Source: Schmidtea polychroa
Lineage: Eukaryota
Direction of reading: 5' to 3'
Assembly (NCBI GenBank): GCA_044892525.1
Contig: CM097886.1
Coordinates: forward strand, 126,046,001 to 126,110,000
Length of the DNA stretch: 64,000 nt
A program made the position numbers and the translations under genes. The notes beneath the pieces are model-generated. The model was not told the origin of the DNA, searched no databases, and worked only from the letters and a program-made list of their open reading frames with translations. Numbering within the stretch: the first letter of the stretch is position 1; each line of letters begins with the position of its first letter. Below are positions 42,801 to 56,000 of the stretch, in pieces.

Positions 42801-44013
42801 CATCTTCCGTGTTGTATTCGCTGCTGTCAGTATCAATTTCTTTTTCCATCATATATAAATCTTAAACAAAATTAAAAGTAGATTTACATTTAAATACTTT
42901 ATTTTTTACAAATATTCTAGAAATAATACTTTAAGAATACAAAAACGCTGCTTAATTAAAGTTGAACTGGACAAAAATTATATTATAACAAAACAAATCA
43001 AAAAATTTAAATATTTAATTTTTTGGCATAAATTCCAAAAACACCAATTTCTTTTTCCATCATATATAGATCTTAAATAAAATTAAAAGAAGATTTACAT
43101 TTAAATACTTTTTTTAACAAATATTCCAGAAATAACACTAAGAATACAAAAACGCTGCTTCATTAAAGTTTAACAGGACAAAAATTATATTATAACAAAA
43201 CAAATTAAAAAAATAATCAGTAATTAAACGTACCTTTAGGTACGTTTTCACTAATTCCTTAAATAACGTACATTTTTATTTTGTAAGCCAAAATAACGTA
43301 CGGTACACGTTCAAATAACGTACACCTGGCAAGCCTATGCATAACATTAATGTTTAAAATATCCATTCTTATAATAGTGATCGGATTGGATATTTGGACA
43401 TTCAGATTATAGGTGTCCCACTCTGCAAACTTAGTATCTTCTTTGGATGAGTATGTGTATCTCAATACGAATTTCATCATTTTTCTGCCCATGTTGAATA
43501 GTTGCAATACTTTCATTTTCTATTCTGTTCTTTATTTCATCGAATTTGATTATTCTATATATGATTTTTTAAAATGTTTTCAAGTCTTATAATTTGAAAT
43601 TTTTCTTAGTTTCATTTTTCAGTTGCATTTTCCATTAAAACTATGTTTACATCATCTTCTGTCAGATTGTGTCAGATTTCACTAACTTTGTGATTTTCTT
43701 NNNNNNNNNNNNNNNNNNNNNNNNNNNNNNNNNNNNNNNNNNNNNNNNNNNNNNNNNNNNNNNNNNNNNNNNNNNNNNNNNNNNNNNNNNNNNNNNNNNN
43801 NNNNNNNNNNNNNNNNNNNNNNNNNNNNNNNNNNNNNNNNTTGGTAGCAGCATTTATTATTTAAAACAATAAAATGATAATTTAAGCCTTTTGCTGCAAA
43901 TAATGTATTTAATGAAAGAATTTTCGACTATAAGATAGATTGACAAGGACTATCTTATATTCGAAAATTCTTTCATTAAATACATTATTTGCAGCAAAAG
44001 GCTTAAATTATCA

Positions 44014-44076
<63 letters not shown>

Positions 44077-47000
44077 CATTACTATAATTCTTCTTCTTAT
44101 TATTTTTAAATAATATTCAAATTATTTAAATTATTTAAAGTATTTAAATTATTTACTAATAAATCAGACAATTGGGATATTGTTACCAACGATTACGATC
44201 AGGGAAAATCAAACATGTGTGGAAACTACAATTTCCAATATCATGTGTTCTGTGATTTATCTACAAGGAATGAATGTGATTGTGTGCAGGCCTATGCCTT
44301 GTAGAGTTTGTGTATGTGTGCGTACCAGCAACAATTTCCGCCAGTGTATGTGTGCGTGAGGGATCAGTATAGGAGCTGCTACATAAATAGTAATATTATT
44401 GATTTAATTTCCCAACGGAATGAAATCAATTAATTCTCCAATGTCCCAGTGAATTATAAAATGGATCACCATGGAAACCGAAATATATTAATTGATGCAA
44501 CAAATTCAGCACCGAAAAACCCGAATCAATAAAACAACCGCATTGCTAGATGACAGTGGCGGCACATTAATTAAACTTATCAACATTACCTTCGCTGCCT
44601 GCATCTTGAAATTCTTTTCCTTTGTTGTTCTTTCTTGTTCGGCCTTTTGATGTGCTCGCATTTGTCCCGTTCGCTAAAATTCAAACGGTAAATTTTCTAA
44701 CTCGTAATATTAATAATAATCAAAGTACTTGAATTTCTATTGGGACTAGGAGGACTGAATAGATCCGATTCATTTGCACCGGATTTCGTAGGCGATGGTG
44801 GTGCTGAGGCGAATGGTTTTCATAAGACGTAAATAAACCCAATGGTAACTGCTCACCTGCATCGAGATCCTGATCACAGATTAATGAGCGAGCCCTGCTT
44901 CGTGAATCCGACACAGATACGGTAACCGAATCAATGATTGTCTCCCCAGTGTTATCATCGGGTTCCCTGATGTCATTGGCTATTTGATATGTCTGACTGC
45001 ACAATGACTCCCGTTTCTTGCCTCGTCGATATATAGGCACATGGATTGGTAAGGAATTGGAATCTGTAGTCGAACTAAACTTCAATTATACAAATGCATG
45101 AGTGGATTTCAATTTACTTGTGTACCGCACTGCTATATCGCTTAAATATATTCTTTTTCCCGGCCTTGCAATTTTGATTATTAGCTGCCATTTGCTGTAA
45201 TAATTCAGTTGCAACTAATGCGGCGGACAATGAGCTCGTACGGTTATGAAGGTCTGATGAGCTACGTCCAGCAAGGTAATCATTATCATATGGAAANNNN
45301 NNNNNNNNNNNNNNNNNNNNNNNNNNNNNNNNNNNNNNNNNNNNNNNNNNNNNNNNNNNNNNNNNNNNNNNNNNNNNNNNNNNNNNNNNNNNNNNNNNNN
45401 NNNNNNNNNNNNNNNNNNNNNNNNNNNNNNNNNNNNNNNNNNNNNNNNNNNNNNNNNNNNNNNNNGATCTAATATTTGAACTTTATTCCGTCCTGTTCTG
45501 CCGCGTTTTTGTTTTCGCCATACCTTTAACATGCCAGTCAACATAACCCGTCGAAATGTACTTCCATGGATTTCTTTAAAATAGATCAATATTTGTCGAA
45601 TATCGGAATAGAGAACAAAATTCTCCTGACAAATGAGATCTTTCCTACTTGACATTAATCTTTCTACAAGCGGTTCCAGAAAATTTGCTATAAAAACTCC
45701 TTCGGACTCACGAGTTCCTTCACCAGTGACACTCTGATTGAAGCAGTTTTTGTAGTTGTTCCGAGAATTGATACCTGAATAAATTGTGTCGGTGAAGAAA
45801 GACATACACGTATGAAATGGTGGTATAATCAACCTGCCGGCTTCAAAGATGCAGGATCATTGCAGAATCCCGTGTACGCATGAAGGAATTCTACGATATC
45901 TGACAACGATTGATCTTGCGCCATCCTATAAAGGAAACTTTGGAATTTCCTAGTGTGCATCTTGTAGAGTTTTAAAAGACATTCATGGGTTTGGAGGCGA
46001 GTATTATTAGGATTAGTTCCCGGTGGCCAGATGCGTCTTTCTTTTGATTGGTTTTGGCACGAATGATCATATCCACAGCCTAAAATTTTGATGACCCTGG
46101 AGCTTGGAATTTCAATAAGCAACAAAATTATAATAATAACTTGATAATGATCTCCATAGCAATATCATTGTTACTCATGCTACCAGAATTCAACTCTTCG
46201 GCTGTGGGTTTCTCTAGTTTAGGTTTGTTACCATGTAATTGTTTCTCAAATCTACTCGGTCGGACCGGGGGAGCTGATTTCGATCTCGATTCATCACTGC
46301 CATCCTCATCTGACTGAGAGGGCGCCGAAAAATCCTTAGAATTTTGACAATTACTGTGATTTATCATCATCGAAACCCTTCTGTCGCGCCTGCCGACACT
46401 GCTACTCGACCTGATTTGCAGAGACGAGCTCATAGAACTTCTCTGTGCTTCGAATCGAGGTGGCGCCAAAGGAGATTGTCCATTAGATTTAGTCTTTTTG
46501 TTTCTCAATTGATTTCTACGCTTGGAAAGTATTGACGAATTTTCTTGATCGGAGTTTTGTTTTTTCTTTTTTATTCGCTTCTCAAAGATTCCCATGTCAA
46601 ACAAACAGGCCATGTTGTGCATGATATGCTCACAAATACGTATACTCGAATGAGAATTCACAAGGGAATGCAAAGCTTTCAGAATGACATTGTAATTCAT
46701 TTGTCCATTTCCTTGGATGTAATGAACAGATCCTGATACCTCTTCCAACTGAATTTTCCATAACCATTAGTCGCATCTCAGAATTCTTACTTCTTCTATG
46801 AGCTGATAGTTGATTTGTGTATCACTCTGACTTCGACGCAGAACTTGTTTCCTCATTGGTTCTTGATTTCTTTGCAGTTGCTGCTCACTGGAAAGCTTTT
46901 CATGTTTCGGAGAATCATCAAAAAACGAAGTCGTCTTTTTACTGGAAGATAAGGGAACATCACTGGATACTCCTGGCTCGTCTGATAACGAATCCTTCTC

Positions 47001-50000
47001 TAATGTAAAATCTGGCAATGGATCTAAAGCGGTTGCAGGATCATCTGGGAGATTAAACATTGGCGCTGAAAGGCTCCGATTGAATAAATTATTATCATTC
47101 AAACAGCCACCTTTAATATCCATTTCAGCATTGACTTGTATTTCCGGCTGTACAATTGGGTTTTCATGGCATCCACTGAAATCAGAGTATTTAGTAAGTT
47201 TTATTTTAGACGTAATCGGTTTGAATTTTGTGCCATTCTGACGTTTATGAGTGACGGTTTTCCTACTTTTCTTTGGTGGCAAAAGTGCTTCTACTTCTGT
47301 ATAGACTGGGCACAGTTTCGATCCCAATTTATCTGCTATCAAATCAAGGATATATACATTTAAAGCGAGTGAATACTCTTACATGGTAGACTGCTTCTTC
47401 GTTCATCTTTATCCGACCCGCTGTCACCTAGTTCCTCAGGAATAACACTTTCATCTTGAAGTTTAACATTTCTCTGTTGCCTTGGACTAGACGGCAATCT
47501 AGCCCCATACAATCCTGTAATCAACATTTGATTGCGTATTTTGCTGCTCATATCGAAATTATCATCGTCCTTTTCTGTATCAGTTTTTTTAAATTTTGAT
47601 ATCTTCGTGAAACGGTCTTTGAAATCTGTCATTTTAATTTTCTTTGATGGACGAACGCTCATTGTCGATATGCTCATGGATCTGTCCCACATCGATGATG
47701 GGAAAGATGCCGATAAATCGTTGACAGGATCTTGTGAAACTAAATTCCTTGAATTCAGTTCCGAATAGCACTCATCTAATGGATCTAAATCAATATCGGG
47801 GTAACAATAAGAAAATTATTCTACTTGAATTGGAATCTTCGTCTAATTTTCCACCTAAAGGTTCCTGCCAAAACGAATCGGATATTTCTACTTTAAAACA
47901 AGTCGCTGATTTACTTCTCTTTTGAAAGCTATTTTGTAGACGTTTCTCTTGTTCTTCAGACATTCTCAGCTCTAAGCTGATTTCCAATAGGCGTTTATGC
48001 AAATATCTCAATCCCCAATAAACTCCTGGCTCTGACCATTTCGGACAGAACAAGCACCGTAAAACTGCTAAATCCAAATGACTGGCTAAAAGAAAATCAT
48101 CGCCTTGTGAAGGCGTTTGTTGAGTGCAAGCAGCTGTTTCATTGATTATTTTATTTTTATAATCCCAATCGATGGGAAAGTTGAGTTTACCCAATCTCGG
48201 ATGGAGCAAGGACCAGCTATTCCTCTTGCTAACTTGCGGGCCAGTATTCACAGGGTAACATGAACAACCAATTAGTTCACCCTAGTGGAAAACAAATTGT
48301 CAAATCACACTAAGAAAACTAAAAGGAAAAAAAACCAAAAAGAAATAATTCCTATGACAAGGAGTAAAAATTGAACTCTAATTACAAATTGAACAACTGT
48401 TAGATTGACTTTTATTCTGAAGGTTTGTTAGAATGCTTAAGTGTACGACATAGAGTTTGTAACTATGCCCAGGTCATTTGTGAGTTACCCAGAGTTTGCT
48501 AAAGGAAAAGACTAGAATTTCAAATGAGGTTTTACACGTAACCCTTTGAGTCATTTATTTGGATGATTACTTTGTGATAATCATTTTACACATTTAAAAA
48601 ATTTGAAAAATCCTTTGGGTTAGAAGAAAATTATTTTCAAAAAATGTTATAAAAATTCTAAAATATTTGAATATGATTGATATAATATTAGTAAGTAAGA
48701 TTTGCGTGATAAGATAAGATTTTTTTGCAATTTTATTTATTGATAATAACTAATAAAGTTTTCGATAACAAATGATTTATTTATATTGGCTATTTATATC
48801 AAATATTTTCTTTTAAAACATTCTAAAATTTTCTAGAAAAGTTCTAAAAGCTAAATTTTGTATTTTTCATCTTGTAAAGATGAAATACCGTGAACGTTTG
48901 CAAATTTGATTGAGAGATTTCTAAATTATTCAAATTTATAAGAAAAAAATTCAAAATTGTTCAAAAGTAGGGTTTACTATTCTGAAAAATACTCAGGTTC
49001 TACTTAGATTTTCTATGAAGTTTTGCTACTCATATATGATCGATCAAACAATTTAAGTTTCATGAATTTTTTCTTCAACTTTAATGTTTTATTTCAGTTT
49101 TAAAAAGGCCTATTTTTAAAATTGTAACTCAATTATCTGACGATCAGAATATGATAAAAATTTGTTTTATATCTCAAAGTGTTCGTTATTAAAAGTTCTA
49201 AATAATGGTGTAAAAACCTTTGATCTGTACCTTATACTTTCAGAGAAAATCGCTCTGGACCCATAGGCCACGCTCGTATCCAAAGGGTTAATGGAAAAAT
49301 TTATGAGTCAAACTTATATTCTTAATCATTACTTCATTCTTTTCGAATATCGATTAATATTTTGTAAATTACCATATAATAAATTAAAATCAATTTACCT
49401 GAATTATATAATTAAACTAAATAATATTTATTAAAATGAAATATCTTTTTCTTCTTCCCCTTTCATCTGTTTATATTTACGATTTCTATTGAATACGTAT
49501 TTTCCGATATAATACCACATGCAAATTTAAATATGATTTTTGAGAAATATTTATACAAATACTTGGAGAAATTGTGCATCATTCGATAGAAAAAAAGATT
49601 TTGAGATAAAATTGAGATAAAAATGGCTTCACGTGCTGTCGATTAAAATTAAAATAATCGTATTTATATATTATTATATATTAAATACAAATGATATAGA
49701 TTCAAGATTAATGCAAAGGGCGATCTAACAGGTGACAAATGCCGATTGGACCCTGCCCTTTATGGGTCCCCTCCACTAAAAAAAATCTATGGAAATTTTA
49801 AGCAACCGATGTGAAAAGTTTCATTTGTATGAGCGGCAACGAGCGGGGGGAAATACTTTTGTTCCATTTGTTCACTATCCTCCTCACTAGTTCAACCTAG
49901 TTCTTGAGTATGCAACTCCAAGTGGTAGTCCTCCACCTCCTATTGAAATTAAAAGCTTCTTTGATATCATGCAGTCAATTTATACTTTATTTGTTAATTC

Positions 50001-53000
50001 AAATAAACGCTGGAGTCAACTTCTTGATATGGCAAAAAGTCACGAGAAGAATCTTTTAGAAGCTGTTGAGACGGTTATTTCTAATTCAATTGATAAGGAA
50101 GTGAAGATATATGTTGATCTGGAAAGTGTTCTAGAAAGAATTAAAAATTATCTTCGTTCCATGATGGCCCAGCTGAGCCTATACAGTTTTGACATACTCG
50201 CAATGTAATTACAAAATTACTCAACATTGACCAAACTATAACTAAGATTTAGTATAATCAAAATTACCGCGCATAAAGCTGAGTTTTTTATTTGTAAAAA
50301 TATTATTTCTATTATAATTGGCACAAGTCTGTCAGAAGATAACCCACAATGTATCCTAACTCGGAAAATGTTATCTCAATTAGGTCAGATATCACAGATA
50401 CGTCCTCACAAACTATTAATTAGATAATGTTTACGTAAGAATTGCAATGAAATTTTGTTAATACGTTCCTAGTCAAGTTTCCTACTCTGAAGGTCAAGAA
50501 TAAAGAATAATTAAGTGAAAAGCAGGGTAACCAGATCAAATCCTGTCTGGTACTTACCGATCTATTGCTAACGACACTGTTGCAGTTCTCACAGTAAACC
50601 TCGAGATTAACGGTATCACCTGAAACTGTTGACAAAGGACAAATGTCACTTAATCGGGCGAGAGGAGCTGGTGATAATTTTGATTGATGTCCGCATGAGA
50701 CAGCGACTGCATTATCACCACCACAAATAGCACTTTTAATCCAATGGTTCTTACAGTTCGAATCCAGAAGGCTTGTTCCACCAAAACTGGTTGTCATCTG
50801 GAAGAATTGGATAAATTCAAATGACAAAGTATATCACTCTACTTCACTATCTATTGATTCCTCCGGATAAAGAATATTTGCCGGACAGAATGCACCATTA
50901 ATAAAACTCGATCGATCTTTTGGGTCCATCGTTAGCTTTTCCACAGAACTTCCTTTACCTATATAAATTTGAGCACTTTTGACCCCGATACCATCAGCAG
51001 CTCTGGAATTTGATTCGATCCTTCGGCATTTCGACTTGACGGGAGCTGTAAAACAATTCAAGTCTGGTTGTTTGTAGTTACGCAACGGGGACCAGATATT
51101 AAGGCCATTTTCCAATTTCAAAGTCTGGAAAATGGATTCATCTATTTGATCCACTAAAGGGGCAAACAAGTACACGAATAATTGAATTGCACTCAGATCA
51201 TGCAAGTAACTGATTCCGTCGGAACCTATTGAAGTATCAGCTAGTTTTACTTGTGACAATAATTTTCTAACATTTATTCTCTCTGTCATTATCTTCACAT
51301 TCAGCGGCCGCATCCATTATAATCCAATGTAAACTGTACATTATTTTCGTTTCTGTCGATGAAAATGGCACTTTGCTTTCTTGACCGAATTTCTCTCGCA
51401 TCAATAGTGAGGCGCAATGCATAACATGTGGAAATGCAGTCTTGATAAACTGCCACCGGCTGACAATCTGAATGGCACTGCAAATTGTAGGTGACAAGCC
51501 ATGTATTATATTCTGGACCAGAACTCGTTCCAAGCTCTAAAACATCAAATTATAACTTTCCCTGAGTTCTATTTCTAGAACTGATACTTTCTCTTCACTC
51601 TCAATTTTTGGTGAACAGTTAATATAGAAAAATTTATTTTATCATTATTTTAAAGGGTTTATACCATCATAAAATTGTATTTACATTATTATAAAATAAT
51701 CTTTGTAATATTATAAAACTAACAATAACCCATCAAAAATGGTGGCGCATTAACACATTTTGAAAGGAATTTTATGATAGAGGAATATTTTTATCTTAAA
51801 AATCTAGTTAAAACGAGAGCTTAGATTTTTTATAAATAATAATTTATTTAAATCAGTATGTTCGTTAATTACAATATTTTTTGTATATGTACGGCCAGAG
51901 CCGGCTGTGGGTTTTGCGGGGCCATGGGAAAAAATTATAACCTTTTAGTACCGAAGAGCACATTCCAAATTATCGATGGTGTAACTGGCACCATTTATTT
52001 TTTCAAGATAAATTTATAGTGACTTTCAAATTAACACTTTAAAGACCGGCATTTCGAAAATCCATACAAAAATGACGCGAATTCGAGTCATCGGCCATTA
52101 AAGTGTTAATAACGCAAATAATGTACAAAACAACATATTTAATTTAACGTATATTATTTTTATTCAATATAATTATATATTTATTAATCATTATGTATAT
52201 CTATAACAAACTAAAAATACAATACCAAACAACTTTTATTAAGTCAATTTGACTTTTGGCACTGAGTATCAGTGGCCAATGTCTCATAATTAGGGATGTA
52301 AGCTGATATTCCTGTTCGCAGACAATCATCAAGATGCTCGTCGGTAATTCGAGATCTGTGTTTGGATTTTATCATATTCATTGTTGAAAACAACGATTCG
52401 CATAAATATGTTGAACCGAAGAACAATTTTATTTTATATGCCGCAATTTTTAACAATGGAAACTTTTTTTTTCAACTAAGTTCATAAATTGTTCATCTGT
52501 TACATACGATTTCAGCACAATATCATTTTTAAGATCCAAAATCTCAAGTTCCAGATGCTCTGCTCTTTTTTCAAACTGTTCTTTCAGTGTTTCAAGATGA
52601 ATAATAAATGATGACGGGTCAAAATTTCCATCACTTACCAGTTTATGCATATTTGGGAAATGCACGAGGGATTTAATTTTCAAATGAGATATCCATAAAT
52701 ACAGCTTCGATTTAAATGAATTGGTAGATCATATCATTGTAGCAACGTGTTTTTCTTTTCCCTACAGTTCCAAGTTTAAAGCGTTCAATTTGTTCATGAT
52801 ATCTGTGAGGAATTCCAAATCCATTAACCAGGAAGGATCGTGCAATTCATCAAAGTGTTGATTTTTAGATTCGAGGAATTTTTTTATTTCATCTATCAAG
52901 CTTAAAAATTTTGTAAGCACTTTGCTATTACTGAGCCATCATACCTCTGCATGCAAGATAAGATCGGAATTTTCATCTTCAGTACCTTCCAGTAAGGCCC

Positions 53001-56000
53001 TGAACAGTCGGTGTTGTAAAGGCGCTGCTCGAATAGAGTTAACAATTTTCATTACGATCTTCATAATGTGAGCAAATGAAAGTATTTTACTGCACAATAC
53101 TTCCTGATGGATAATACAATGGTATGCCATAAAGTTGGGAAAGCATTTATCTTTCTTGCACAGGGCGACGAATCCGTTGATACTACCCACCATTGTTGGT
53201 GCCCCGTCAGTGGTGATAGCAGATAGCTTGTGGAAAGGTATATCTATTGAATCTGCAAATGTTTTGAATATGTTGAAGATATCCAGACCTGATGTTCGTC
53301 CTTGCATTGGTAATATTTTCAACAGCTCTTCTTTTACAGTGAAGTCATTAAAAACCATTCTCACCATTACTGACAACTGTGTTGTATCTGATATGTCAGC
53401 TGATTTTTCAAATTGCAAAGCAAACCAATCACATATTTCTAAGTCATTTTTTAGTTGAGTTTGCATGTCTGTTGAAATTGCATGTATTCTTATAACCGTA
53501 TTGCCTGACCACTGTAAATCTTGTATTGTTGACATAATTTCAAGCTTGTTGGGAAGTCCCTCAAATAAGCACTCAGCGTCAGCAAGAAATGCTTCTTTTA
53601 TCAGATCACCGTCTTGATATGGTTTTTTCTTTGCGAGCTTGTGGGAAATTTTAAAAGAAGCAATGGTCGAATGAAAATCGGCCAGATAAATTTAATTTAA
53701 GGTCTCTAATTTTGTTCTTTCTAATTTCTGATTTAATTGGGAAATTAGTATCAAAAGTGCTATGGTTAGAATAGAAGTGACGTTCAACATTATGTTTTTT
53801 TTGCCCCTGCAACTGTACTACCGCACAATAAACAAACACATTTATCTTTAATACTGACAAAGCAATAGGATTCATCCCAATCTGTGTTAAAATTATACGT
53901 TCGTTGTCTTTTACTTGCACTCACTTTAGAATTAAATTTTTTTTTCACTTTTGACTTTAGAGAAATAATAAATTACAAGTTTATATCTAAATTTAATCTA
54001 ATTTAAAAACAATAAACAATTAGTGGTCTTGCAAGTGTACAGCAAAATAACAAATTTAAAATCAAAAAAGTGGCGAGTACCATTATGAAAACAAAAGACT
54101 AATAATAAATAACGAAAATATATAAACACAAATTACAAATAAACCACATTTTTGGATGAAGGAGTTGATCATAAAATTAAATTAATGGTTTTTAAGGATA
54201 GAGAATTTTTTAACCATATTTTTATAAACAACGAGGAAAGAAAAATTATAAAAATATGCTTATTATTATCTTAAAATTTCGAAATCTATCGATTTTAATT
54301 TTTTTTTAAATTAAAAAATTCGCTCAAATTTCAGTTATTTTGCTTTATTTACTTTTTTCTGGTAGCACACATAAAACAGCTGCCGGGCGCCATGGTGCCC
54401 GCGGGCACAGGATTGATGACTACTGGTTTAAGGTAATTTTATTTATTATAAATTTGCTTTTTTGTTGTGTATTTGCAAGTGAATAATTAACAATTAAATC
54501 TGTGTTTTTGTTATTGTACTTAATTCGTCTACTCGTAGTATTTATGTTTTATAGTTCATAAGAAAAGTGTTTTACTTTTTTTCACTAGGCTGTAGGACGA
54601 CAAAATAAACCTTGCCTGTGGCAGCAAAAAGTCTAGCACCGACCCTGAGAAACCGACAAACACGGGATATTATGTAGTTTGATATATATTTGCATTATTA
54701 TAAAATTATATTTGGTATTATTATAAAATATACTATTATTTTCAATAATTAAAAACTGTTTCAAGTATTAAATTTATTAAATAAATTCATTTTTCTTGAC
54801 AACTCAACATAGAATGGTCACATGGGTAAATCATAGTTTTCAAGAACCCACAATTTTGTCTTTAACTTGTAACGAGTACGTTACAGGGTTATAAAAGGTT
54901 GTATATCAACTTTTGATCATTGGAAAAAACTATTCAGTTGGGCTAAGCAGGGATGAATAATCGAATTCCGATATTATTTCTCTGTATAAGTTCCAAACCA
55001 CTATGGAATGATGGAATCGCACATTATACATCACTAGAATCATCTTTCTCTTCCTAAGATTAGGTATTATCTTGTATTATTATCAGATATTAAATACCAA
55101 TAACTATTCAGTATTTTAAGAAAAAAATAATTAATTCATATCCGACAATATCATTAATATGGCGCAGATCATTTATATTTTTCCTTTGTTGGCTGGAACT
55201 GTAGTATAAGCTTTTGTACTGAGAAGGGAATATCAGTGGGTTTTATTGGTATGTAAATTAATACACGTTTCATCAAAAAACACTAACTATGATGTAGGAA
55301 AGCTTTCTGCAATTAACCTCGGCTGTTTTTATAACTCACTGGCAATTTTTTCAACTGGCGCTTTAACTAATTTGTTTCTTGAATATTATATATTTTTATA
55401 GATATCGACATCGGAAGTAGATTTCCGTCAAGCCACTCCTTTAAGGATTTAAGCGTTAAACCATAATCTGAATTTAAAGAGTTTGTAATTATAAGGTTGG
55501 CTTCAGAGTTTGGTCGTCCTAAACTTTGCCATTTTTTATATAATTTTATAATAATACAAAACCCTGTATTATTATTGTTGTTGTATTAAATCTTAAAAAT
55601 ACAGTCACAACTGGCGATTCATAAATACACTATGAAGTACAATAATCAAACCATTGTATTATAAATATAATTCTACAATTAGAGACCCTCAAAATCGGAA
55701 AGCTTGAAGTCATTATATTAATGATATAATTGATGACTCAAGAATTATCAATCACTGAAAAATAGTAGAAATGACTACACCATTTCGAAATTCAATCTGC
55801 TATAAGCAGAAAAATGTTGATAAATGCACACACACTTACTAAGGACTTACAGTCAAAATTACGTGGCAAAAGCGAATTACATTAAGTTTTATCCAAATAT
55901 ACTACAATGAAAAATGAGCATACAATTTTAAGTAAATTACTTATTGCAACCACAAAAAAATATCACATGGATATTATATCCAAATTGTCTCCTTATAGCA

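Noticed and set aside
6115-47925. Plus-strand ORFs overlapping unc80 exons (e.g. 6115-6330, 26336-26554, 29929-30138, 46817-47008, 47532-47768)
   Set aside because: Antisense shadows of coding exons with no independent motifs.
51896-54647. One large composite element from CAGAGCCGG (51896) to CCGACCCTG (54647)
   Set aside because: The flanks (TGTACGGC vs AGAAACCG) do not form a TSD, and the left end differs from the 56313 family.
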